From: an uncultured Verrucomicrobiae bacterium
Lineage (GTDB): Bacteria; Verrucomicrobiota; Verrucomicrobiia; Chthoniobacterales; UBA10450
NCBI GenBank assembly: GCA_963834385.1
Contig: CAWIBO010000001.1
Coordinates: forward strand, 160,954-224,953
DNA length: 64,000 nucleotides
Direction: 5' to 3'
Part shown: positions 55,501 to 64,000 of the stretch, one piece after another
How positions within the stretch are numbered: position 1 is the stretch's first letter
Layout of the letters: each line of letters opens with the position of its first letter
The notes under the pieces: model-generated
The model's input: only the letters and a program-made list of their open reading frames with translations
Told to the model about the DNA's origin: nothing
Databases searched by the model: none
Translations under genes and position numbers: made by a program

Positions 55501-55686
55501 GTTGGCGAAAGTCAGGACGACCAGGCGAGGCAGCGCGGCCAGGGCGTTGCTCGATCGGGCCAGGGCGACGATCCGATCTGTGACCGCGCGGGTTTTTCCC
55601 GAGCCCGCCGAAGCCACAACGGAAAAGTTCCGGTCGAGCTCGGTGGCAAAACGAAGTCTTGCCGATTGATCGTGCGGCTCGCTCAC
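52528..55686 (-). CDS. addA: AddA-type UvrD helicase/nuclease
   Basis: ASAGSGKT, TIHSF, DEAQD, VGD..QSI, KGSEW, LYVAFTRA, GVIDL...DWKT. Confidence 0.88.
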   Translation of the reverse strand: MSEPHDQSARLRFATELDRNFSVVASAGSGKTRAVTDRIVALARSSNALAALPRLVVLTFANRAADEMQQRAREEIMRQDPGADILAAFNQAWFGTIHSFCFRLLNEHGHHLGLPAPLGLVTDDEDLWNEFVQQQARVGRSLADESRAALLQLASLRHIMELGRSAGSALLHPAHPGPRPDVDLAPLHQALAGVKRSETVANSIAQLRMWEEGYRAGAGFLRWPICFTKAQKIDGLWAETFAPLRRWVNQAAICVAAEVQRDYRNFRLERGVVTYADQIALADELLQHPEAARRLRQLDPIIILDEAQDTDPAQFSVLLEMTRPPEATGRWLETRVDPPRPGRFCMVGDFQQSIWHERADLPLYRRVHDALVAAESGGELTFSVTFRLDQRQIDFVNETFREILHGATGQVDYVTLQPRPGVLPGQVIRLSFDAGLVAGMEKPKDREVARAEARELARWLKKSGPAKLRARSWREVAILCPRKDWLRTMAFALREAGLPTEVQSESDLQADSPAYAWLTALCVIMVEPRNGYELVGVLREVHGLSDHDLAQFSEGIGERFQIETPVAAAGRVSSTIAALAALRASVLELPLFAAVTQIVEQTALRERLALLPETDFNNPLGDLATLLTLAAEAGAAGATLADFADQLRAEMERPRPVRLSDENAIQLITAQKAKGSEWDAVILPFLGRRIIPPSPRYPSLIRVPGSNEVIAALHKEDREEDIKEAYNLLRRQEMERLLYVAFTRARHTLVLALDRPLFSPKTGRAADYSQLKFLRGDVGDTNTLRFESLPEKALACAATGARQASPAAATPAALPGLAPLDQSAVENARVRAARFVRKQNPSGFEPLAELPPGSGPVAARSLMDNPATLYGGWWHALFQHFPWQTPPRDWQKAFDSLQPGSPQPERSLTEWELFRKAWKDSPIASFLAKTGATVRTEHPFLWHRDASNCVEGVIDLLVHDPEGRRCLLVDWKTNRITRGEESRLLERYRPQMAAYREAIRRLTGNEVTTALYATATGSFLLYQEQELEREWERLAALSAGASPGVFPAPAPA

Positions 55687-58673
55687 GACCAGTTCTCCTC
55701 TCCCAGCGCCAAATCGGGATGAGTGGTTTCCCAGCGTTCCTCGACGATCTCAGGCTCCACCGCGAGCATGGCCAGCGGATACTCCCGGGTGAACGAGTAG
55801 GCGCTGCGCAGGGAGCCGCGGAACCCGAAGATGCCGGTGGCCTGCATACGGGCGAGTTCACGGAAAGCAGCCTGGCAGTCCGCGAAATCGTCGAGCGACA
55901 ATTGCGGCGACAACGCGGAAATCCTCGCGGAGGCGAGGCTGACGAAAATCATCTCGCCCCCGAGCTGCCTGGCGGCATGGGCGTAAAGAGCGAGCTGCAG
56001 GGCATCGCCTTTGAGGACTTTGCGGCGGACCTTCTCGAGACGGTGCTCAGACCGGCTCAGGCCGCGCTCGAGAGAGTCCCTGTTGCCGGTCTTAAAATCG
56101 ACGATCCAGAGCTCGGGGACCGCGAGTGACTTCGGTTGCTCCGGCGTTCGCGCCAGCAGGAGATCGGCGCGTCCGCGCAGGCGGAGGAACGATCCGTCGC
56201 CCAGATCAATCGGTTGCTCCTCCAGCCGCCACTCCGGCACCAGCCATTTCCAGTCCGCCGCCGTCCCGAGGATGCGTCCCAGGACCAGGGCGAGACAAAG
56301 CGCGCCCTGCCACCCGCTTTCCCACCAGTCCGGCAACGGCCGTCCCGCCTGCCGGCAAAGCTCGCGCACTTCGTTCCGTTTTCGTTCGGCCGCTTCCGCC
56401 ACCCGCCGGCCGATCTCGGACGCAGAGGGAAACGGCAAAAAGGTGTCGCGCTCGTCCGCCAGGGCGGCGAGCCAGTCGTGCGTCCATTTTCCCGCGGTGG
56501 CATTCCAGGCATACGTCAGATCCTCCTCGCCTTCCACGCCCAGGTAGCGCCGCAACCAGACCTGCGCGGGCGCGCGCAGCAGTTCCTCGGTTTCACTGAC
56601 GCTAAACGAGCCCGCCGCGGAAGGGGGCGTGCGCAGGGCAAAATCGTATTCACCGGCCGGGCCGTCCGTGCGCCGCGCATCGTAGGCCACTCTTGTTTGC
56701 CGGATCTCCGGGGTGGCCGGCATGATTGCCGGGAGGTCGAGGGCGGATTCCTGCAGCCAGGTGCGGGTGGTCTCGCGCAGGGCCCGCATTTCCTGGCGGG
56801 ATAAGGCACGCCCGTGGGCCTCATGATAGACGCGGTTAAGAAATTCGCCGGGATTTGAGATGCGTTCCGGCGCCTCCTCCTGGACGACGCTGGCGGTAAA
56901 GGCGAGGCCATGATGCGTGTTCTCGAGGAGGCTGGTGAACTGGGCACGAGCCAGTTGATGCTGCTCGGCGGAGCCGAGATAAAGGGCGCCTCCCTTGCGC
57001 ACCGCGAGGTGCCCCTCCCCTTGCCGGCCGCGGCGGGTGGCTGCGCGATTGATTGTCCGCGCGTCTCGATTCAACGACTCGATCTGCGCGGCGGGCAGAA
57101 AGTCCCCCGCGGGCGAGCCGGGCCAGATCGATTCGTTCAGACCGGCGAGGATCAGGTGAGACCATGTTTGATCTTCCGCCTGGGCCGGCGTCAGCAGATG
57201 GATGCGGGCAAACGAATGCGCGCCGGAATGATCACGGGTAACACGCACACTCACTGCGACCTCCTCGAGCCAGCGAAGGAAAAGCGTGCGCGAAAGCGGC
57301 GCGCGCAGGCGCTTTGCCCAGGCTCCGTGTCCCTCAAGCCCCTGCCGGCGCTCCTCCCAGCCCAGTTGCGTGAAAGCGCGTTGCGTCTCGCCGAGGAAGT
57401 CCGAGAGGGTGGCGCGCTCCGGCAGGAAAACAACGCGGGTGAGGAGGGCGGCGAGCTTCCCGTCGTCATCGCGTGCCGCTTTTGTCAGCATGGCCAGATC
57501 GTCGATGGCGAGGTCTCCGAGGGCCCTGGACAGGGCATCGCCAAGGCGCTGACGCGAGACATCCTTGAAAAAAGGATGCTCGTGGGGAAGAGCGGTGAAA
57601 AAGCGCAGAAGCGCATGCAAACGCGGCGTGCGCTGCAACTCCAGCCAACTGTGAAAAACCGGTTCTTCGAAAGGGCCGGGGGCCAGCTGGCCCATGGCGT
57701 CATAATGGGGCAGGGCGAGCCGGTTCAGGGAGGCCGCGACCAGGCGCGAAAGCGCGCCGGCCGCCGGAAAGAGAACACCGAGACGGTGGCAATGGTCGCT
57801 CGCGAGAAAGTGATGGATCGCGCCAACGATGGCATCGGCCTGCTCCCGGACATCAAGGCCCACCAGAAAAAGCGGGGGAACCTTTTCCACCGCGGGCGCC
57901 GGCGGCGCGGCGGCGGGATGCGCTTCGCCAAACTCCTCTTCCCACGAACCAATCCAGACCGCATCAAGGTTCTCTGCCTCCAGCCGCGGATATTGCAGAA
58001 GGACGGTGGCGCTCGCCGCCGCGCGAACCGCCGCCTGCAGCAGGTGCCAGCTGGACCAGTGTCCGCCGTGAAAACCGAGCACAAGGAGATGACTGAAAAG
58101 AGGACGGGAACCGGCGGCGGCCTTTAACGCCTGCCGATCCGCGGCGATCTGCAGATTGAGCCTGCTTTCCCGGAGATACTTTTGGAATTGCTCGACGACC
58201 GGCAGGAAGACGGGAAGATCAACCGCGGAGAACTCCGTGCCACAGGCGCCGAGTTGCTCGAGCAGATGCCGGAGATGTCCCGGGGAACGCCGGACGGAAA
58301 GCGCGGCCAGTCCTGCCGCGGGTGAGAGGGTGTCATTATCGAGATTCTCGGCGGCAGCGGCGAGAAGGAGGTTCAGATCCTCCGCGCGCGAGGGGTAACT
58401 GTCCCGGTCCGACGGAAGCGACGCGCGCAGCCAGGCGGGCGTGAGGAACTCCACGCCAAAGAGCGAACGGCCCTCGGCGAGCAAACGCGCTTTGAGCGCC
58501 TCGGCCTGGCCACGGGTTGGCACCACCACGGCGGCGCGATGATCCGGGGACAAACTCAAGGAGGCCACCCGGGCAAACCAGGAAGACGCTCCTTCCTCCC
58601 AGGCGGCCTCGGGATTGGCGGCAATCAGCAGGGAAGGCCCGGCCGACGGCTGCAGTTCAAGTTCCAATTGCAC
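55683..58673 (-). CDS. addB: AddB-type inactive helicase plus PD-(D/E)XK nuclease
   Basis: AGLNE..WP, FSVS..E, GRADL, VDFKTG, LQLALY; coupled to addA. Confidence 0.8.
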   Translation of the reverse strand: MQLELELQPSAGPSLLIAANPEAAWEEGASSWFARVASLSLSPDHRAAVVVPTRGQAEALKARLLAEGRSLFGVEFLTPAWLRASLPSDRDSYPSRAEDLNLLLAAAAENLDNDTLSPAAGLAALSVRRSPGHLRHLLEQLGACGTEFSAVDLPVFLPVVEQFQKYLRESRLNLQIAADRQALKAAAGSRPLFSHLLVLGFHGGHWSSWHLLQAAVRAAASATVLLQYPRLEAENLDAVWIGSWEEEFGEAHPAAAPPAPAVEKVPPLFLVGLDVREQADAIVGAIHHFLASDHCHRLGVLFPAAGALSRLVAASLNRLALPHYDAMGQLAPGPFEEPVFHSWLELQRTPRLHALLRFFTALPHEHPFFKDVSRQRLGDALSRALGDLAIDDLAMLTKAARDDDGKLAALLTRVVFLPERATLSDFLGETQRAFTQLGWEERRQGLEGHGAWAKRLRAPLSRTLFLRWLEEVAVSVRVTRDHSGAHSFARIHLLTPAQAEDQTWSHLILAGLNESIWPGSPAGDFLPAAQIESLNRDARTINRAATRRGRQGEGHLAVRKGGALYLGSAEQHQLARAQFTSLLENTHHGLAFTASVVQEEAPERISNPGEFLNRVYHEAHGRALSRQEMRALRETTRTWLQESALDLPAIMPATPEIRQTRVAYDARRTDGPAGEYDFALRTPPSAAGSFSVSETEELLRAPAQVWLRRYLGVEGEEDLTYAWNATAGKWTHDWLAALADERDTFLPFPSASEIGRRVAEAAERKRNEVRELCRQAGRPLPDWWESGWQGALCLALVLGRILGTAADWKWLVPEWRLEEQPIDLGDGSFLRLRGRADLLLARTPEQPKSLAVPELWIVDFKTGNRDSLERGLSRSEHRLEKVRRKVLKGDALQLALYAHAARQLGGEMIFVSLASARISALSPQLSLDDFADCQAAFRELARMQATGIFGFRGSLRSAYSFTREYPLAMLAVEPEIVEERWETTHPDLALGEENWS

Positions 58674-58744
58674 CCGCCGAAACTAGCAGATGCCACGGAC
58701 AAACGCTGTCCTGGAGAAGGAAGCAAAGGCGGATTGGGCCGTTC

Positions 58745-60967
58745 TGGCAGGGCGATGCAGGTGCTTTGCTGGCCTGGTCAGATTCACATCCGCGCCGACT
58801 AATTCGTTCCACTGGCGTTGACACGGCGTCAAAGTTCGCGGCGGAAACGGCTGGTTTGCTCAGCACTTTGGAGGTTGCGTGATTCACCGAATCGATCGCC
58901 GGAGATCGACGCGCCGGCTCGAATTGACATCGCCGAGCAGGACACCCATGGCGGCGGAAAGGGCCGGAGTGCTGTTACCTGCACTATCGGTCACCGCGTT
59001 GAGCATGACCACGATCTGTTGCGCATTCGCAACGTTGGTCAGATTCACGATGTATTCCGTCGGATCTGTTCCGAGGCCATGGCTTCCAATGGAGGCGCTG
59101 CCACCGGTGATGGCGGCACCTCCGACATGCGCCACCGGGTTTCCGAACTTGAAGACCATGGTGTGCTGGCCGGCGCCCGGCTGGCCGACGCTCATTTCAA
59201 CGCCGACGTCTCCGGTCAGGGGCAAATCAATCGCGAAAGCCTGACCGGGGTAGCCATGGGTTTTCGCGGGAAAGAGCTCACAAGCGTGACCGGGGTGGCT
59301 TCGGCCAGGGCAAGGTTGACGGCGGCGGAGGCGTTGATTCGGCCCCAGCCGTAGGTGTTGTTCGGCACGACGGTGTTCGAGTCGGGAGGGACGCCGCATC
59401 CCTCGTTGGTCGTCTTGGGCACGGCCGACTGCTCGATGATATCTTCGATTCGATCCACATTACCCGCCAGTTTGGGGTTGGCTGAGATGACCAAAGCGAC
59501 CAGGCCGGCGACGTGCGGCCCGGCCATGCTGGTGCCGCTGAGCGGGGCGTAAGCGTTGTCGCTGGCGCGCTGGGCAGAGCGAACATTTGAGCCGGGTGCG
59601 GAGATGTTCGGCTTCAGGTAAAATGGGCTCGAAGGATTTTCAGGATCGGCTGCGGCCGCGCCGCGACTACTGAAGCTCGAAATGGAGTCTGTCGTATGCG
59701 TGGTGGAGCCGACGGTGAACGCTTCGGGATAACGTGCCAGCGGATGGAAGATAGTGTTGCACTCCGGACCATCGTTGCCGGCCGAGGCCACGTAAAATAT
59801 GCCGGCGGCCCGGCTGGCCTGGAGCGAGTCCCGCAAGGGGTTGGGATCGGTGGGGCAAGCTTCCAGGCAGCCCCAGGAATTGTTGACCACGTCGGGCGCC
59901 TTGGCGGGATCCGGCATGGTCCCGTCAATTTTCGTCGGCGCGATCATCCATTCCATGCAATCAAGGTAGGTCGGGACGGTGCCAACACCTCTCACCAGGT
60001 TGCGGCAAGCGATCCATTTTGCCTCCGGCGCCATGCCGATCTGATTATTGCCGCCGTCCGAACCCGCCATGGTCCCGGCGGTATGAGTGCCATGTCCGCC
60101 ACCGAGAAATTCGTCGTCGTCGCATGGGAAGGGCGAGGGCTCGCCCGGGACACCGCCGCCGTTGCATGGATTGGTGGGATCGATCGTGCCCGTTTCGGTG
60201 CGAATGCCGTCCCACCAGTTGTAATCGTGGACGGAAGACGCAGCCGAGCCGCCCCAGCCGCGATATTGATTGCGAAGAGCGTTGTGCGTAAAGCGGACAC
60301 CGGTATCGGCCCCGGCCACGACGACGCCCTGACCACGATAACCCAGCGCCCAGACGTCGTCCGCATTGACGATGCCAAGACCGGGCTCAACCGCGGTGAT
60401 CAGGTTGATGCCATCGGTGCTGTTATTCTGCCTGGAGGAATTCGAGGCCTCCGTCACGGGCGGAAGCACGAGTGAGCCGCGCCCCACCGGATAAATCGCG
60501 GCGACCTCTGGAAGCAGCGCCACCGCCTCGATTAGAGTGAGATCGCCCTTTGTTGAAATCGTGTTCGAAATCCAGAAGGAACGATAGCTGGCGCCGGCCT
60601 GGTCGAGGAGCTGCCGGACCGTAGGTTGTGTCGCCTCAGCCACCGCCGTCAACTGCTGATAAACATGCGCACCCTTGTCAGCTTTGGAAGCAAGCGACGC
60701 AGCGCCGCTCAAGTCCGCCTGTTGCGCCATGTAGATCATAAACTCGGTCGGACCCGTCGCAGCCGCGCTGAGAACACGAGCGTCCACCTTGGCCTGCCAC
60801 GCCGGGACTAGACCGGAAGGATTCCCCGGAGCGGATAGCTTCACGCCGCCTCCTTGCGCGGCTGACCAGCTGGCATAACCGAGCAAAGAAGCGCCACACG
60901 CCAGAGCGCAGGCGGTGACAAGACGAAGGCGAAAGATGCCGGATTCAGAGGAGAACGATATTTTCAT
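58745..60967 (-). CDS. Secreted S8 subtilase with C-terminal SRKxHG and dockerin-like module; C-terminus disrupted by several indels
   Basis: ADTG, HGTHTAG, NNSWG, SAGN, GTSMAGPHVAG. Continuation KTHG..IDLPLTG...LLGDVNSSRRVD lies in another frame. 3' end approximate. Confidence 0.85.
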
Positions 60968-61095
60968 AGGGCGAAACGGGATTAAGGATGCCAGCCATGC
61001 CTGGGAATGAGGGAAGTCCCGGCGGTCAAAGCCTTATTCGGAACTGGAGGGAGATATGGGTGGCTCCTGGCCGCAAATTCCTGACGTTATTACGC

Positions 61096-63999
61096 TCAAG
61101 GGAGGGCCGAAAGGTTTTCGCGCCGGACCACCGTGACATCCCCAGAGTCGATTCGACCACTCGAGTTAACATCGAAACGCATGTTCGCAGCTCCAGCCGT
61201 CTGCAGGTTTCGTTGCCGAACCGCCGTCAGGTCGCCGGAATCAACGCGCCGGCTCTCATTTATATCAGCCAGAAGCACGGCCATCGGAACACTAACATTT
61301 CCCGCCCCGTTCACATCGAGAAGGTTGACGGTCAGGGTCTGTGCGTTGCTGACGTTCTGCAGGTTCACGGTCACCTCGGTGCCGTCGGGGCTCAGAGCGG
61401 GTGCGCCCGAGCCGTCGCGCTGCGCGCTGTGTCCGGAGGCTGGCGTCACGCTCGCGTCCGCGACCGTTACCGGAGCAGCAAACTTGAAGACCACCTGATG
61501 CCGATCGGGAGATGCATTATTGATCCGGCATTCGATGCCGGGGCCGCCGGTGAGCGGGAGCGGGATATCAAATGTTCCCACCGTCCCGTGCTGCTTGCGG
61601 GAAACAACACTTTCGGGCTCAACTCCGCCCGGCACGGAGAACGAGACCATGTCGGTGGTAATCGGGCCGCACTCTTTCACCTGCCGCACATAAAGGGTGT
61701 GGCCACCGGGAGTCAGGTCTCCCGCCCCGAGTTCCGCTTCCCAGGTGTTGTCTTCTTCGGTCGTGGTCGCCAGCTGCGAATTGGAAAAGGTTGGGTCGTC
61801 GAGCGAATACTCAATCTCGCCATTCAAAAGCGGTCCCTGCCCCACCACGTAGGTAAAGGCTCCGGACGCGTCCACCTTCAGGGGCAGACTGGTGGGACTG
61901 AAAATGCTCTCGCATGATTCCTCCGTATTGTCGGGACACGGGACCAGCGGCCCGCGCTCGGACATGGCATAGCCGGTGACGGTCTTTAGCTCGGCCCCGT
62001 CCGGCGGGGCGCCCACGAGGGCTCGCGGGATCGTGAGGGTGATCATGCCCGGGGTGCCGTTGGTAATGGTCACGCCCACCTGCATGGAATCGGTCAGCAC
62101 AGGATTATAGGTGATGAATTTCTTGGAGGTGGACGACCGAATCACACCAAGGGTGCCGGTTCGCGCCACGGGCACGCCGGCGCGGATCTCCGCCGCGACC
62201 CAGAAAACCCGGTCGATCGGATCGACCGTCGATTCATCGTAATCCCACTGTGTCAGGTAAAGCAGCCCGTCGCCTCCCGTGGCCGGGGCCGCCGCCGCCA
62301 GCGCGGCGGTGCTCAAATCGGCCACTTCCATTTTCACCGTGATGGTGGCGGGATCGTCCGTGATCGTGACCTTTCTGATATCGAGGGCGGGAACGTTCGC
62401 TCCGATCGTGGGTCCATGATCCGGGAAACGGGCGTCCCCCAGTTCATCACGGTCAAATGTTCCCGGCCCGAGGCCATGGGTGCCCATGATCGTGTAGCTG
62501 GGCGTGGTGATTGATTCTCCATTTGTCGGCTGGGCAATTTCGACCGCGGCCGGCGCCTGGTCGACGTCGCCGATCGAGGCATAAAGACTGGGCCCGCGCG
62601 TTTGTTTCGCGAACATGACATAGGGCGCACCCGTCACCTGCGGCGCAGCGGCAGTCACCCCGGATTGGTTGGTGTTGTCGTTGTAGGTGATCATGGCCGC
62701 GCCCCGGTGATCGAGGGTGATGGAAGGGAATTCGAGGAAGCTGCGGTCGCGCGACCCCGGCGGCACGGCCAGGTCGCAATTCAGGCCGGAGAGACAGATC
62801 TCGCCAAAGTGAATGAAATGCTCGCTCACCTGCGAAACCTCGAACGACGGCGTGGCCGCGAAAGCGTCGAGTGTCTGCGCCATGAAGATGTGCCAGCGAT
62901 TGCTGACGGCGTTGCCCAGTCCTTCCGTGCTCTGGTACCAGACCACATTGGCGCGCCCGGCGTCTCCCGCGATGATCCAGGGCATGATCTTGGCCGCGGG
63001 CGCAGCAATCGGGCTGACCACCTTGGCCGGGGACCAGGTGGCCCCAAAATCCTGCGAGGTGGTCATGCGAATACGCGAGGCATCCGACCAGACGGCGTAG
63101 ACATTTCCGGCGCGATCCACCGCCGCGACCGGGAAAACGGTCGAGACCGAACCGCCCGGCGTGATCACGGTGAGATCCTGCACCGTGACCGGTCCGCCGG
63201 TATCGGGATCCTGGATGCGCAGCATCTTGAGGGTGCCGCCGGTGTAATAGATTTGGTAGGCGACGATGTATTCTGTTCCGCCGATATTCCGTTTTGTTTT
63301 GTCTGTCACCAGCGGACCGGATTGGGTCACGGTCCCGATCGCCTGCGCATCGAGCCAGGTCAGCCCGGCGTCCCGCGTCCGATTAAGATGAAAGTTTGGG
63401 CCAATACTGACGGCCAGGTTCCGGGTGGTCATGTAGCCCCGGCCGTCGCCGAAGGCACCGCTCCACTGGCGGTCGTCGGTTACGCCGGTGAGATCGCCCA
63501 CGCCAATGCAGGAGAGCGGACTGACTTTCGGGAAGGTGTTGCCGCCGTCGTCCGACACCGCCGTGGTCACACAGGCGCCGGCAAGATCGGAATAATAGAA
63601 CCGGCCGAGCGCATCGAAGTCCTGGTGGGTGTCGCCGCCGCCGGGCGCGGTGACGGCGTCGCGCGTGATCGGACTGCCGAGCTGAATAAAGGTGCGGCCG
63701 CCGTCGATCGACTTCCAGAGGATGCTGACGCTGGTGCTGAGGCCGAACGGGACAGAGATGAAGGGCGAACCGGCCGGGGTGTTGGGAGCTACCTCCACCG
63801 GGGCGGAATTGATGAACGGTTCCCCGCTGGTGGCGGAAAAATCGACAATGGTGTTGTGGCTAAAGCCGATGGGCGCGCAGGCTGGCGGCGAGAGACGCGT
63901 CCCGTTGCCGCCGCCATTCGACGAACCCTGGTCATTTGCCCCCAGTCGCCACTCGGGCGCAGGCACCGCCGCGAGAGCAGCCAGGGATACGGAAACGAC
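61096..63999 (-). CDS. Large secreted Asp-box (BNR/sialidase-like) beta-propeller protein with C-terminal dockerin-like module, 5'-truncated
   Basis: SIDGGRTF, SDDGGNTF, TRDAGLTW, SQDFGATW; tail DINESRRVDSGD...DVNSSGRIDSGD. Confidence 0.85.
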   Translation of the reverse strand, partial: VVSVSLAALAAVPAPEWRLGANDQGSSNGGGNGTRLSPPACAPIGFSHNTIVDFSATSGEPFINSAPVEVAPNTPAGSPFISVPFGLSTSVSILWKSIDGGRTFIQLGSPITRDAVTAPGGGDTHQDFDALGRFYYSDLAGACVTTAVSDDGGNTFPKVSPLSCIGVGDLTGVTDDRQWSGAFGDGRGYMTTRNLAVSIGPNFHLNRTRDAGLTWLDAQAIGTVTQSGPLVTDKTKRNIGGTEYIVAYQIYYTGGTLKMLRIQDPDTGGPVTVQDLTVITPGGSVSTVFPVAAVDRAGNVYAVWSDASRIRMTTSQDFGATWSPAKVVSPIAAPAAKIMPWIIAGDAGRANVVWYQSTEGLGNAVSNRWHIFMAQTLDAFAATPSFEVSQVSEHFIHFGEICLSGLNCDLAVPPGSRDRSFLEFPSITLDHRGAAMITYNDNTNQSGVTAAAPQVTGAPYVMFAKQTRGPSLYASIGDVDQAPAAVEIAQPTNGESITTPSYTIMGTHGLGPGTFDRDELGDARFPDHGPTIGANVPALDIRKVTITDDPATITVKMEVADLSTAALAAAAPATGGDGLLYLTQWDYDESTVDPIDRVFWVAAEIRAGVPVARTGTLGVIRSSTSKKFITYNPVLTDSMQVGVTITNGTPGMITLTIPRALVGAPPDGAELKTVTGYAMSERGPLVPCPDNTEESCESIFSPTSLPLKVDASGAFTYVVGQGPLLNGEIEYSLDDPTFSNSQLATTTEEDNTWEAELGAGDLTPGGHTLYVRQVKECGPITTDMVSFSVPGGVEPESVVSRKQHGTVGTFDIPLPLTGGPGIECRINNASPDRHQVVFKFAAPVTVADASVTPASGHSAQRDGSGAPALSPDGTEVTVNLQNVSNAQTLTVNLLDVNGAGNVSVPMAVLLADINESRRVDSGDLTAVRQRNLQTAGAANMRFDVNSSGRIDSGDVTVVRRENLSALP

Positions 64000-64000
64000 G

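Noticed and set aside
53221..55722. 833 aa plus-strand ORF, and similar long ORFs at 24606..26573, 7016..8458, 13295..14701 and 42383..43813
   Set aside because: Antisense shadows of well-supported genes.

Overview
GC-rich bacterial window with about 50 protein genes and no rRNA, tRNA, CRISPR or transposase that I can support. Gene content suggests Verrucomicrobiota, probably Chthoniobacterales (inference from RNase HIII, D[SG]K-motif secreted proteins, and a shared SRKxHG plus dockerin-like C-terminus). Most of it is housekeeping: coaX, hemB, gpmI, riboflavin synthase, aroD, dgt, pdhABC, rpsT, HU, rnhC, mutY, addAB. The most notable region is an approximately 17 kb lipid cluster (35024-52399). 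It encodes a eukaryote-like DEGS/DES1 sphingolipid desaturase, a serine palmitoyltransferase-like enzyme, a bacterial ceramide synthase-like GNAT protein, three CDP-alcohol phosphotransferases, an IPCT-like cytidylyltransferase, an SDR, a flippase, a radical SAM enzyme and an ABC/adaptor/double-TolC exporter. Together these suggest a pathway to unsaturated phospho-headgroup sphingolipids with dedicated export. Other oddities are an apparently catalytically dead alkaline phosphatase, a tiny secreted protein resembling a TonB-receptor N-terminus, a large TPR/TM/beta-repeat protein, a sigma-54 promoter before a LapG-like cysteine protease, and secreted proteins sharing a C-terminal module. Several genes carry single-base indels that look like long-read errors. 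All family calls come from motif recognition, not database searches.
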